DNA of 64,000 bases from assembly GCF_001194135.2 (NCBI RefSeq), contig NC_068983.1:77159799-77223798 (forward strand). The letters are read 5' to 3'. The position numbers and the translations under genes are program-made. Positions 26,916 to 39,589 of this stretch are shown here, piece by piece. Every line of letters begins with the position of its first letter. Position 1 is the first letter of the stretch. The notes under the pieces were generated by a model, which was not told where the DNA came from, did no database searches, and saw nothing but the letters and a program-made list of their open reading frames with translations. This DNA comes from Octopus bimaculoides (taxonomy: Eukaryota).

Positions 26916-28750
26916 TAGAAGTCCAAAATATGAAAATGAACACTTATTTCGAAAATTCCAATCGCGCAGGATTTGACTAACGGATAGATAAGACGACTAA
27001 CGGATAAAAAGTTTATACGGCAAATAGGAGAACAAGATTTTCGCTGTAGTTATAGTGAGGACACTAAATTATCATTTAATAAAATAATTAGAATCTTGAA
27101 TACTTTACTCTGACGTGGCACATTAACAAAATATGAGGAAATATAGCAGAATGATAATACCTAAACAAATATTAATCAAACAGCATGCTGGAAAATTGTT
27201 AGAATAATACAGTAGATGATATTGATAGTAACAATAATGATCACGAATAGGAGGACAGCGAGGAAAATGGATTGCCGATTGGGATGCACAAGCTTATGAT
27301 ATCCACGATAATCATAATATTTATTTTGATTCAGTATGGTCGTGATGAATACAGTCATCATCATCATTACTATTATTGTCACTATGTTGAAAATTACCAT
27401 AATCATGATGCTCATGCTGTTGACTATAACAAACTAGATGATACCATTATAATAATAGAGTTTATTCAAGACCAACATTTGCAAATTGACACTACTGATG
27501 CAGTAGTATATTTCTGCCCTTAGCATAGCATATAAATCTGTTTGCATTGTAATATTAGCTAACTAGTAAACAGCTTTCATTTCCTTCTTCATAGCTGATC
27601 AGAGAGCACTACTGAGGGTATCCGTCTTTCAAAACAATTTCTAACATAATATTAAAATATTCATATTTGCATAAAAACCACAACAACAATATTTGCGAAG
27701 TCAAATATTAACATAATGCAGTTAAAGCGATCCCTATTCTATTACAAGCAAGGGAAAAAATAAGAATAAAATTAATAAAGTTCTTCATTGAGTATTGCTT
27801 CTAAAGATCAAATCTTAAACGTGTTACTTTATTTACATTGTGTGTTTATTTTCTAGAAGCCAGTTTTAATATGCTCCTAATTATTCAAATGCAGTTTAAC
27901 AAGAGTTTTTTCAAAAAAAATTATGGCATAACAGTGTTGAAAAGATAAACGCGAAATGAAATGAATAAAAGAATTTCAAATGTTATAAAGAAAAAATCAA
28001 AGAAGCTAAAAATATTTGTAAAACGTACAAAATGTGAACAAATTTAGACCCAAAATTAACTGGATGAATTTAATAGCTCTGGAATTTCACTTAAAATGAA
28101 TCCGAAGAAAATTCTGAATCCATTTATAATCCTTTCAAGCTTAAAATAATTACTACTTAGGATAAAATCTAAACACAATCAGTGATATTTCATACACTTA
28201 AATTGATTATGCACGAAAATTTATTTTTCAACTAATTTTCATAAAGCTGTTCAGTTTCATCTGGACGAGATATACGAGAAAGAAATGAAGGAGTAAACCA
28301 TATTATTTACAATAAATAAAAGCATAAATCAGTTCATTAATTTTACAAAGATTTACATTTTTCTGCGCAAATAAACGAAATGACAAAATACTTAACATGA
28401 AAAATGCATTTATTGATTTAAAGAAAAAATTATTAAAACAATGAAGGTTAAAGATGCACGAATTAATACCGTAGCAGAAAATGCTGCTTTCTAAATTAAA
28501 TCCTCATTTTTTACATTACGCATAACAAAAACACATTACATCACAATGTTAATATTGACAGAACAGAAAATTCTGAAGTAACTTTCCTTCAGTTTAAACC
28601 TCCTCTCTAACACTTTCACTATGTATCTCATATATATATNNNNNNNNNNNNNNNNNNNNNNNNNNNNNNNNNNNNNNNNNNNNNNNNNNNNNNNNNNNNN
28701 NNNNNNNNNNNNNNNNNNNNNNNNNNNNNNNNNNNNNNNNNNNNNNNNNN

Positions 28751-28834
<84 letters not shown>

Positions 28835-29479
28835 GCATGTATGTATGTATGTATATGCGTGTGTGTGTGTAGACAGAGAGATAGATGAAGTTTATGCGAT
28901 GTTACACCTAATTACATAAAATTTGTGCTCACCTTTACTAATTCTCTAACCTCCGATTTGAAATGCAATTCAAATAGCAAAACGGGTTAGAGCTGCCTAA
29001 TGAAAATTGGATATATGCAGTGATTCAGTCGAGGAGGTACGTCTATAAAATAATAGAAGTATAAACAGACAATCAACTAGGATCATGTCAGATTATGACA
29101 TTTTTATATTTAAACATTGCTACAGCATGAGAGGAGAATTTAATGTTCTGTTGGTAAGAGATCGATAGAAGAACGGTTGATGTATGCTTGTAATGATTAT
29201 TGTATAATTTTGTATTCTCTCAGTACAGTTATATCATAAATTCGAATTATTAGTATTAGGTAAAGTTGGTTAGCGTGGGTAGAATCTAAATATGTATTAT
29301 AAGAATGGATGAAGAAAGGAAGAATGTGTACAGATAATCTCTTACAGCTGCTTTAAGAATACATGCACTGGTGCTACAATTCCTTGCAAATTATCGGCTG
29401 TCAACATTGCAGCTTCGACTAGATGCACAGGTAGTTTATTTCCATGCAAACAATCGACTAATAATAATAATATGAGAAG

Positions 29480-30385
29480 CTCTGTATGGAAAAGCATGAA
29501 GTTCTGGGGAACGGGATTGACACCAGACAATCAAGTATTAGGAGAGATGAAAACCAATAGAAGTATCTTCCAGGGAAAAAGTGTGTCCCCATTTATCTTC
29601 GTGCTGCAATTAATCTCCTTGAGTGAAATGTAACAGAAACCAATTTTCGGTTGTGATCTGGGAAGGGATAACGGATAACTGAAACATTTGCTATTCATGG
29701 ATGACATAAAGCCGTTCACACAACCGGAGGACAGCCTAGTCCGGTCTGTGAGTATTTTCTCCAATGATATTAAGATGGAGTTTGGACTTTAAAATGTGGT
29801 ATGACAGTGATGAAACGAGGAAAGCTTTTCAGGACAGAAGGTATATTTTGCCAATTGGGGAAGGCGCAATTCAACTTCCGTTGAGCGAGAAATACTTGGG
29901 AATACTTCAGGCTGATGGAATCAAACACAGCATGAAGTAAAAGACAAAACGAGAATACCTGCAGCAAAAGAGAAAAATATTGGCTACAAAACTGAATGCT
30001 AGAAACATAATTTCGGCAATAAACTCGCGGGTTGTCGGAGTAGTTCTGCATGGCCCCGGAATCGTAAAATGTAAGAGGAGTACCTGAAGGAGATAGACAG
30101 TTTATCAAGAAAGCTCCTAACGATTTATCGAACACATCATCCACGTGAAAATACTAATCACTTACACATGAAGATAGCAAGTGGAGGAAGAGGACTGATA
30201 AGTGTGGAAGTCTCCGTGCATATCGAACTCGATAGATTAATGAGATTCCTAGCCCCAAATAAGGAAACTTTTCTAGCGTAAGTTAGGAGCGTGTGAGTAT
30301 TCAAACAGATAAAAAAGATAAAACAAAGGAAGAATACAAAATGAACGTGAAGAATTACACAAGAAGGGACTACACAATATTATTA
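29480..30385 (+). mobile_element. R4/Dong-like RLE LINE RT fragment
   Basis: IFQGKSVSPFIFVLQLISLS...HLLFMDDIK...FSNDIKMEFGL...KYLGILQ...HHPRENTNHLHMKIASGGRGLISVE. Confidence 0.9.
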
Positions 30386-30889
30386 TCCAATTATGTTGTG
30401 TGCAATATCAGGGTCTTCTGTTATTTTTAACTGCGCGTTCGGCCGCCTATATGTTTCTTCTGATCTGCATTCGCTTTCAGAGTTTTAAATGGCATTTACT
30501 TCTAAAGTTACTCCCACGCTCACTTTTAAAATTATATCACCACCAGATAACGCATTCCAAACAATCGCCTACGTATTTAAACTCCCAGATTTATATAATA
30601 GTTTTGTTTCTGACATTGACGGAGCCACAACTCTCTGAATGACTTATATATAACGGATTATTTTAGTGCAATAATAAAATTATATTTTCGAGCAGAGTTA
30701 ATTAATACGCTCTACGCCGTTTGTGTTTCGTACAGATATTTTTGAAGTTGGAGCAATTGCAGAAGCCTGACAAAACAGGAAAGTCTTCAAAAGCAGATCT
30801 AGTTACTTACAAAAAGACGGATAAGTCATGCAGCTTCATGTCATAAGGAAAGCAAAGGCAGGATATTAGTTCAGAAATAGTCATGGAAA

Positions 30890-32005
30890 AATGAACCATT
30901 GGCTCTACATGGATGACCTGAAGCTTTGTAGTAAGAGTGAAAAAGAGATAGATTCCTCAATACAGACTCTAAGACACTTCATCAAAGATATAGGCATAGG
31001 ATTTGGCACAGAAAAGTGCGCAATATTAGTCGGGAGAAGGGGACAGGGAGTTAACAGCGAAGGAATCCATCCAGTTACCAGATGGCCAGACATTAAGATG
31101 ACTGAAAGGAGGAGAGGGTTTATAAGTATCTAGGAGTATTATAATCTGACCAGGTACTAACTACAGAAATGAAAACGGAAATTGAGAAAGATTATATCAG
31201 AAGGTTGCGGAAGCCAATGACGTCAAAGCTAAGTGGCCCGAATCTAGTGAAAGCTGTATATACTTAGGTAGTATCATTACTTACGTACTGAAAGAGCTTT
31301 TGCAGATTAGATAAAAACTGAATTAGCGTAGCGAGGCAGAAGTACAAGGAAGAAATTCAATACGAATGGTGGACTCCACCCAAGGGCAAAAGTAGCAATA
31401 TTATACCTATCTAGAAAGGAAAGCGGAAGAATGTTAATATCAGTAGAAGACTGCGTGCTGTTAGCTAGAGTAAAGATAGACTCCTAAGTAAGTAATAGGT
31501 AAGAAAGTTTATTAAAAGCTGATAGACTCACAGCAAGACATAGGGAAACCAATACACCAAACGAGCTTAAAAACCAATAAAGAGAGCATAAATTATCTGA
31601 CTTGCAGGAGAAGGCTTTGCATGGCTGACTCCCAAAGACAGTTTCAGTAAATAGTAGTAGTGAGACACAGTGACATCTGCGGAAAGGAAAGCTGAAGAGG
31701 GAGACAGGAAGTTTGTTAGTAGCTGAAAAAGATGAAGCATTAAAGACTAAATAGATGAAATCCAATATAGACAATAGCCAAATAGATTCCCAATGTAGAT
31801 TATGCGAATCAAAAGTGGAAACAGTTACTGACATAGTAAGTGAATATAACATCCACTGGTAGATATGTAGAAAGCTTGGATTTGAACATAGTGATAGACG
31901 GTATGGAAATGAACCTAGTAAATTTATAGAAAGTAATAAATACATCTTGTGTGACTTTAACAATGAAACTGATAGAGTAATATAAGCTAGAACGCCTGAT
32001 TTAGC

Positions 32006-32070
<65 letters not shown>

Positions 32071-32170
32071 ATAAACAGAATAGAAAGTGCTAGGTAATTG
32101 ACTTTACAGTTCCAAATGATGAAAAAATTAAAGTCAAGTATAGAAAAAATGGCAAAGTATCGGAACCTAG
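30890..32170 (+). mobile_element. R4/Dong-like RLE LINE, 5'-truncated (RT end, CCHC knuckle, RLE motif)
   Basis: NHWLYMDDLKL...KDIGIGFGTEKC...YKYLG...LKRETGSLLVAE...QCRLCESKVETVTDIVS...RTPDLA(V21)DKQNRKC*VIDFTVPND. Confidence 0.9.
32007..32069 (+). repeat. (GTA)21 in frame inside the LINE endonuclease motif
   Basis: cct gat tta gca (gta)21 gat aaa cag. Confidence 0.95.
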
Positions 32171-32192
32171 GTTTTGAGTTGGTTCTAGGTAC

Positions 32193-32313
32193 TTCCACTA
32201 CGGTGAAATTCACTACGCTAAATTCTACTACGGTAAATTCCACTATAGGTAAAATTCACTACGGTAAATTCACCTAAGGTAAATTTCACAACGGTACATT
32301 TCATTATAGGTAA
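32193..32313. repeat. ~15-bp minisatellite, ~8 units (ttcactacggtaaat)
   Basis: Direct reading; degenerate units. Confidence 0.85.
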
Positions 32314-32392
32314 TACGAATACATTTTAGATCTATTTTATTCACATATTAACAACAAAATGATGACGTGGTCTTAAAAACAAAGTTATGAAA

Positions 32393-32662
32393 GACTGTGT
32401 GGTAAGTAGCTTGCTTACAAACCACATGGGTTCAGTCCCAGTGCGTGGCAGCTTAGGCAAGTGTTTTCTTCTATAGCCTCGGACCGACCAAAGCCTTTCC
32501 GGTAGAATTGGTAGACAGATACCGAAAAAAATCCCATCGTATATATATGTGTGTATGTGTGTGTGTGGGGGGGGGGTGAGCTTTGATGTTTTTACGTCCC
32601 CGTAACTTAGCGGTTCGGTAAAAAATAGCGATTGATTAAGTAATAGGCTTACAAAGAATAAT
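32393..32662 (+). mobile_element. Family D tRNA/CORE-type SINE with internal (TA)(TG) microsatellite, 3'-truncated
   Basis: gtggtaagtagcttgc...ggttcagtccc...cttaggcaagtg (CORE-like)...cccatcgtatatatatgtgtg...tacgtccccgtaacttagcggttcgg. Confidence 0.8.
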
Positions 32663-32663
32663 T

Positions 32664-32818
32664 TAGTTCTATATTTAAGAGATGAGGAACTATGCATATT
32701 ATTTACATTATTTACATTTAACGTTTCGGCTGATTTACCATCCAGCCTTCATCAGGTGTCTGGGGGATTTTCGAACCTAGGTTCGCCTTCCTAAGGTTTT
32801 TTCCGATGTTGTTGTTGC

Positions 32819-32852
<34 letters not shown>

Positions 32853-32864
32853 ATTATTATTTTA

Positions 32865-32916
<52 letters not shown>

Positions 32917-32942
32917 TTATTATTGTTATTATTATTATTATT
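32664..32942 (-). mobile_element. Family C SINE, head-less copy with hammerhead module
   Basis: Reverse complement matches 13930-14106 apart from a 37-bp internal deletion; preceded by (AAT)n(AAC)n. Confidence 0.85.
32719..32760 (-). ncRNA. Hammerhead-like core lacking the 3' arm of helix I
   Basis: GACAC-CTGATGA-A-GGCTG(gatggtaaat)CAGCC-GAAAC-GTT^aaatg. Confidence 0.5.
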
Positions 32943-33226
32943 GCACTAAAAAGCAGATTTAGTTAGTTACAAAAAGATGGATAAAGCCATATAGGTAGCT
33001 AAGGATGAAAAAAAACTATAGTTTAACAGATAACCGATTGAAGAACACAAGCAGCTTAAGTACTTCTTGTTATCAATAGCAGTTGATTAGTCTTCATCGA
33101 GCACTGATATAATCAAATTGGTTCCAGTCGTAACCGTCCCGTGTTTCTGTATAGCAGAAACGATGTAACCGTATGTGTATTTCATTATTTAATACAGTTG
33201 ATAGATTCAGTTGCAATACCTCATAC

Positions 33227-33230
<4 letters not shown>

Positions 33231-33300
<70 letters not shown>
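33231..33300. repeat. (CA)n microsatellite
   Basis: Direct reading. Confidence 0.95.
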
Positions 33301-33304
<4 letters not shown>

Positions 33305-34116
33305 AACATGTAGAAACATGTTTTTCGATTCGATTGCAACTTGAATACGTCTCAAACAGAATAAAACTGCAATCTTGCGTTATTTTCGGTGTATATGTAC
33401 CTTGATGAGAATATTGAGCATATACTTTCATTGAAAATTACATCAAATTATTTTCATGGAAGACTAAAATGTAGCTTTAGTTCAAATTATTTTCGGACAG
33501 TATAGTAAATGACAAATTTGAAATACACGACTGGAGACATTTCGGAGCCGAGTGTGAATGTGATTTTACCGCTCGATACAAGCAGGTGTTTTATGTAGGA
33601 ATATAAACAGGTTCTAAAACTCTAAGTACACTGTTCAAATGATATAAAACTATCATTGCTCTTGCGTTGACATACTCTTCATAAAAATCCTGCAGCTTCA
33701 TGTATTTTATATTAGTTTGTTTATTCTTTCCCCAATGTATTTCCTGCATTACAAGAGTTAGCAACATATGTGTGAAATGGATGAATTAATAAAAAGCGGA
33801 TTGAATGTAAACTGTTGAAACAGTGATGTAATCTATATTTCAAAAGCTCGTTGCTCATACATCATATAATTACATTAAAAGCAAGTACACATACGCGCGA
33901 ATGCGAAGATCGCATACGCACAGTCGCACACTCACACGAAAAATAGGGCTTACGAAAATCATTTTTACTAATGTAATTCCCGCAAAATCATTATAGGCTC
34001 TGGTACTAAGATGTTTTTATGCATGCGTGCAGTCAAACGCAAACATTCACATATTTATGTATGAATAAGGATATGTATATATATATATATATACAACGCA
34101 TATATGTACACACACA

Positions 34117-34162
<46 letters not shown>

Positions 34163-34935
34163 NNNNNNNNNNNNNNNNNNNNNNNNNNNNNNNNNNNNNN
34201 NNNNNNNNNNNNNNNNNNNNNNNNNNNNNNNNNNNNNNNNNNNNNNNNNNNNNNNNNNNNNNNNNNNNNNNNNNNNNNNNNNNNNNNNNNNNNNNNNNNN
34301 NNNNNNNNNNNNNNNNNNNNNNNNNNNNNNNNNNNNNNNNNNNNNNNNNNNNNNNNNNNNNNNNNNNNNNNNNNNNNNNNNNTATATATATATATATATA
34401 TATATATTATTTATATATGTGTGTTCACATACCTTACATTTATCATCGTCACCATCATCAGCGTCATCTTAATACCATCAATACCATTAAACAGTTTCAC
34501 GCTTATTTTCCACGTTTCATTTCTGGCGATTTTTACCTGCTTGGCATCAAGTTTCACCTTTTAATGGAATTTCATCAAAGTACGTCAACGAGCATGAATA
34601 TAATGGTGTGAGACATTTAAAAAGATTCTGTGACCAAAAGTCAGAATAGAATCATAAAATATGTATAGAATTAAATACCACGTTAAAAAAATAGTATCAA
34701 GGAAATAATCATAAAATTTTATAGACGAATGAGTCTCTTCTCTTTTATTTTCTGTATTTGGAAATTCTATTTCCTTCCAAAGATAGGTTATGATGTAATA
34801 AAATATTTCTAAAAACAACTATTGCTAAAAGCTTCCTTTGACTATTCAGACTGAAGCTTTAACACACACACTCACACGCACACACGTACGCAGGCACACA
34901 CACAAATACACACGTACAGACAAACATATATATGC

Positions 34936-35018
<83 letters not shown>

Positions 35019-35867
35019 TATAGATGTGTGTATGAATGCATACATGTGAATATACATTTAAATGTTTATATGTATATATGTATATATGTGTGCGTATATA
35101 CATATACATATGCGTGTCTTTAGTGATAATGCACATGCATCGATTTAAACTTATATATGTATTCATACATGTACGTGTGCATGTATAGATGGATGGATAA
35201 TAACAAATTAATTTCTTGAAACACTTTTACAAATAACTTCTGGCATGTTGAAGCCTTGTCATGTACCAATGTGTTCAGCTGTAGGATGAATAATTATGAC
35301 AGTGATGATAACGACAAATGAACGTCTGTTGATATTGGAATTCTTAACAAAAATATCTAAATATACGCATGAGAACAAATTTTCAACTACATTAATTTCA
35401 TTTGATGCATAAACTCAAATAACTGCAATGCGTTGTGTAGAGGAGAAATATGAAGTAATTATTGTAACTGCTTTCATCTAAGTTTCAGATATATAATGAA
35501 AGAGGATAATACTATAGTTAAGCAAATGATAACTTCACTCTAATATAAAGCTTGAGGGTGACGGTTAAATCCTAGCATATTTCCAGACAGTCTGAAATAT
35601 AAATGAAAACGATTTTCTTTCTCCGGAATGTGGGCATACCACTATTCTGTGGAGGGAAGATCGTATTTCTAGCAAATTACCCTCTACACTCTAAGAGCGA
35701 ACATACTATACGAAACGTCTGTAACATTTTTCTGGCCAGTAAACGATAAAGTGGTGCACACTCTCACTATCCTATCCGCGTATTCTGCACAATGGTAACA
35801 GACGGCTGGTTGATATGGTACTTGACAGAATGTGTTGTCAAATCCTACTCTTAGGCACAAAGATCAT

Positions 35868-35945
35868 CCCTTCGCTATCTTTCTTCAGCTACCCATTCCA
35901 CTATCTTCCTTCAACAACACATTCCGCTATCTTTCTTCAATTACC
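35868..35945. repeat. 26-bp tandem repeat x3
   Basis: cccttcgctatctttcttcagctacc / cattccactatcttccttcaacaaca / cattccgctatctttcttcaattacc. Confidence 0.85.
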
Positions 35946-36017
35946 CGCGCTGCAACCAGCTCCATGACATGTGTCGCGCCAGCTTCTGTGCTTCGTGCGA
36001 AAACCCTGCGTGTAAGT

Positions 36018-36480
36018 ATTATTATTACTGAGTGAGAGAGCAATGTATGCATGAACGTAACACTGGGGTAAAATATACGACGACCAGTATACACATCATG
36101 ACTACCCGTATGATGAAGGTACACCAGGCACGACATGGTGATCTCATATCAAGATACACAGCTCATTACCTTGTAGGTGGGGCCCAGTTAGAAATTTCTT
36201 TCAGGTCAAGTAGCCCATCCGGCTTAAAAGGTCCATAGAGAAAGGCTGTTTAAATACGTTGAACGAAACACCCATGTTTCCAGAGGTGAATTAACCACAC
36301 CCCGAAGAATTCCTCTCAAAGCAAGGCTATTCTGATCCCCAACTACTTCTGCTCGTGATAAGAGATGCATATATCGTCAGCCACTAAACCGTATCGTCAA
36401 CTGGTTAAAAATCAAACAAGTGACAAGTAACTCTGTGATATTGAGCAGAATATTTGCTGTAGCCCATCTTTTATACCAAT
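36018..36480 (-). mobile_element. Non-coding retroposon (SINE or LINE 3' UTR) ending in (AAT)n
   Basis: Minus strand starts ggtataaaagatgggctacagc and ends ctctctcactcagtaataataata. It resembles an abundant octopus repeat I recall; no tRNA head visible. Confidence 0.6.
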
Positions 36481-36481
36481 A

Positions 36482-36588
36482 CATCATCATCATCATCATT
36501 GTCATCATCATCATTGTCATCATCATCATCAACATCATCATCGTCGACATCATCATCATCCTCATCATCATCATCATCATCATCATCC

Positions 36589-36649
<61 letters not shown>

Positions 36650-36667
36650 TATTATTATTATTATTAT
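36482..36667. repeat. (CAT)n(TAT)n microsatellite
   Basis: Direct reading; source of the poly-M/I/S pseudo-ORFs. Confidence 0.95.
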
Positions 36668-36879
36668 TTTACTGTTTACAGCCAGCAGACTAATATGATA
36701 CTTGTTTATGGGTCCTACTGCAAGAACCCTGCGAAGAATTCTGTTTGTGGTTCAGTGATGATACTTCTAAATGCATGAATTACTATTGGATTCACGTCTG
36801 TTCTCTTCATTGACCACAACCACCGTATTTTCCACTTGAAATTATCCTCTGTAATACGGACCATCATATGATCGGTTTA

Positions 36880-37890
36880 GGAATGACATTATCCAACTGA
36901 TGACAAGTTTCAGTCTTAGCATAACTACAGATACCAACCTGACGGTTGTCAATTGCCTGGATGTATCCTTAGATCTAAATAAGAATATTTATATAACTTA
37001 TAGGAAGCCCAACGGTAGACGTAGTTATATTAACGTGGGTTCCTGCCACCCCCCCCCATAATGTTTAAAACTTCAGTTAAAAACTTTAGCAAGAGAATTT
37101 CTACACTCTCCTCCAATAGGGACATTTTTGATAGCGTTGCCCTAGTATATAATAAGGCTCTAAAAGATAGTGGATTTAGCGAGGAAATAACCTTTACACC
37201 TGCCACCAGTCCAATAATAAAGAAAAGAAAACATAGGACTATGAAGTCTATCTGGTTCACACACCCCTACTCACTCAAAGTGACTTCTAATAGAGGCAAG
37301 TATTTCTTAGCACTGATAGATAGACATTTCCAGTCAACCATAGTTACAGAAAGCTCTTCAATAGCCATAACTTAAAAATCAGTTTCATCTCAACTACTAA
37401 TTTAAAAAATATAATCGCACACAACACACAAATACCACAAAATTAAACCAGCTGTTCATGCAGGGATAACACTTTCTGCTCGCTAAATGGAGCCTCCATG
37501 TCGGAGACCATCATTTATGAAGCGAGTGTGGACTATATATCCACTAAGGACACGGTTTCGACGAAGAAATACGGGGGCTTTACAGAGGGTAATTTCAAGG
37601 GCAGTTTCAATAATTACACCTTGAGCTTCAGGAACTGGGATAAAAGGAAAACGACCAAATTATCCAGTCATATATTGTCCTTAAAAGATAGAGGTGTCAG
37701 TTACAACATCCATTGGACGATCTTAGCCAAGTGTAAGCCCTACACCAACGGCAGTGGAAAGTGCGGTGTTTGCGATTTGGAAAGATGGCTCATCTGGAAA
37801 AGCAGCTAAGACCTTGCCACATGTCTAAATTCAAGAACTGAACTTTTCAGATTATGTCCACAAGTGGCTAAATATTTGTTACGTTTTTGA
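36880..37890 (+). mobile_element. Penelope-like element 3' part (RT thumb, linker, C-terminal GIY-YIG endonuclease)
   Basis: VVNCLDVSLDL...YRKPN...SCHPP; SIWFTHPYS...GKYFLALIDRHF; IIYEASV...KYGGFTEGNFK...TKLSSHI...HWTILAKCKPY...KCGVCDLE...LNSRTEL. Confidence 0.9.
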
Positions 37891-38239
37891 TCCCGGCGAG
37901 ATCACAGATAGGACTTGCTTTTTTATATTGTGTCCACGTACAAGCTTTCTATCTCTCTATACTTTTTATTTATATTTCTTATATATTTTTATGTATATTT
38001 TTACATATTTATAGAGATATTGTTCTTTAGTTTTATTGCTCATATATTGTCTACTCATTTTTCTGTATTTTACCTTCCACCCTGCATTTTTCATGTGCGT
38101 ATATAGACGCGTATTTNNNNNNNNNNNNNNNNNNNNNNNNNNNNNNNNNNNNNNNNNNNNNNNNNNNNNNNNNNNNNNNNNNNNNNNNNNNNNNNNNNNN
38201 NNNNNNNNNNNNNNNNNNNNNNNNNNNNNNNNNNNNNNN

Positions 38240-38311
<72 letters not shown>

Positions 38312-39376
38312 TGCGTGCGTGTGTGTGTGTATTTACCAATTGAATATATATATATATTATTTCGTTTCTTGGTTATATAAATAATGTTCTCTTCACTGCG
38401 AAATGCCCTATTGCATTTGAACAATTCATCTTTACTCGAAATAATAATTTGTTTATTTTCAATTCAAAGCATCTATCTATATACGTACCTGCTGGATTTG
38501 TCGTGCATGGCACTATCCTATATTAACGGCTCTACTGAAAACTGTACAACTTGCAGGTTTCGTTTCGTTTGTATATACATAACAAATTTTAAACTATTCG
38601 CTGTTCAAGTAAATATTTTGCCCTAAGTCATTTACATGAAACTTGTAGATCGCGACTCACGTGTATAGTTAATTACTTCGAGAAGCTATAAGATGTGCCT
38701 GTAACATAATTTATGGTGCTAGATAACGTGATGTGTTTATACAGGAAGCGTATTCGCAGGCTACATTAAGAATTATAGATTATATTGATGTGAGGCAGAG
38801 GACAAATCATTGATTAAATTTGGAAACAGCTTTCACTATTTGAAGTATATAGGAAATGCTTGCATTTTCACCACCTTGTCATGTGATTTGAATAATGATC
38901 CAGTATTGATTATAAAATGTTGTTTGTGAAGTATCACGATTAGATGTAGAAATTGAATAAAATGACACACTGTTTTGAAATTATGTCATCTGAAGTAGGA
39001 AATGAATTTTAATGAGGATATAGTAACAGTTATCATTTACTAAGTATTCGGTCGAATTTTATTCTGCTGAAGAACAACAGAATTGCATGAATGTATTGTC
39101 AAGTCTTTATATGATTAAGAGATAAATAAAAAGTTAAATAGACATAATTTCAAGCTTAGCTTATCATGTGCTGACATTTATGTTGTGCATAACTGTCTGA
39201 CACTGATATATATATATATGCACTGTATAGAATAAGAAACTTGCTTTTCGTTCAATTAAAATATACGGGTTAAGTATATTGCTATGTGTTAAATAAATAA
39301 AATTCCCAATATACTTTGTGAATTGCTGAAGCGTTTTTGCAACTGCTTCTAAGAAATTCGGAATTGGTGAACTTAC

Positions 39377-39423
39377 TGAGGTCTTCAACGGATGATTAGC
39401 AGATGAGGAAGGTTGTATACAGT
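39377..39423 (-). CDS. Candidate isolated 47-nt exon (DCIQPSSSANHPLKTS), host gene unknown
   Basis: gttctttgtatctggcAG|...gacctca|GTAAGT; one open frame; lies in non-repeat DNA. No homology recognised. Confidence 0.25.
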
Positions 39424-39552
39424 CTGCCAGATACAAAGAACAGCCAGATTGTGTTAAATTCCCAATACATATCTTCTAATAGGAAACTATATACTGGATA
39501 AAGGGGTTCATGATGACGTGTATAGGTGCGTGCGTGTGTGTATATGTGTGTT

Positions 39553-39589
<37 letters not shown>

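Noticed and set aside
35685-35723. Hammerhead-like taca-ctctaaga...gaaacgtc-tgta
   Set aside because: Core lacks CTGA and no helix II can be formed.
36377-36698. Poly-M, poly-I and poly-S ORFs
   Set aside because: (CAT)n microsatellite.
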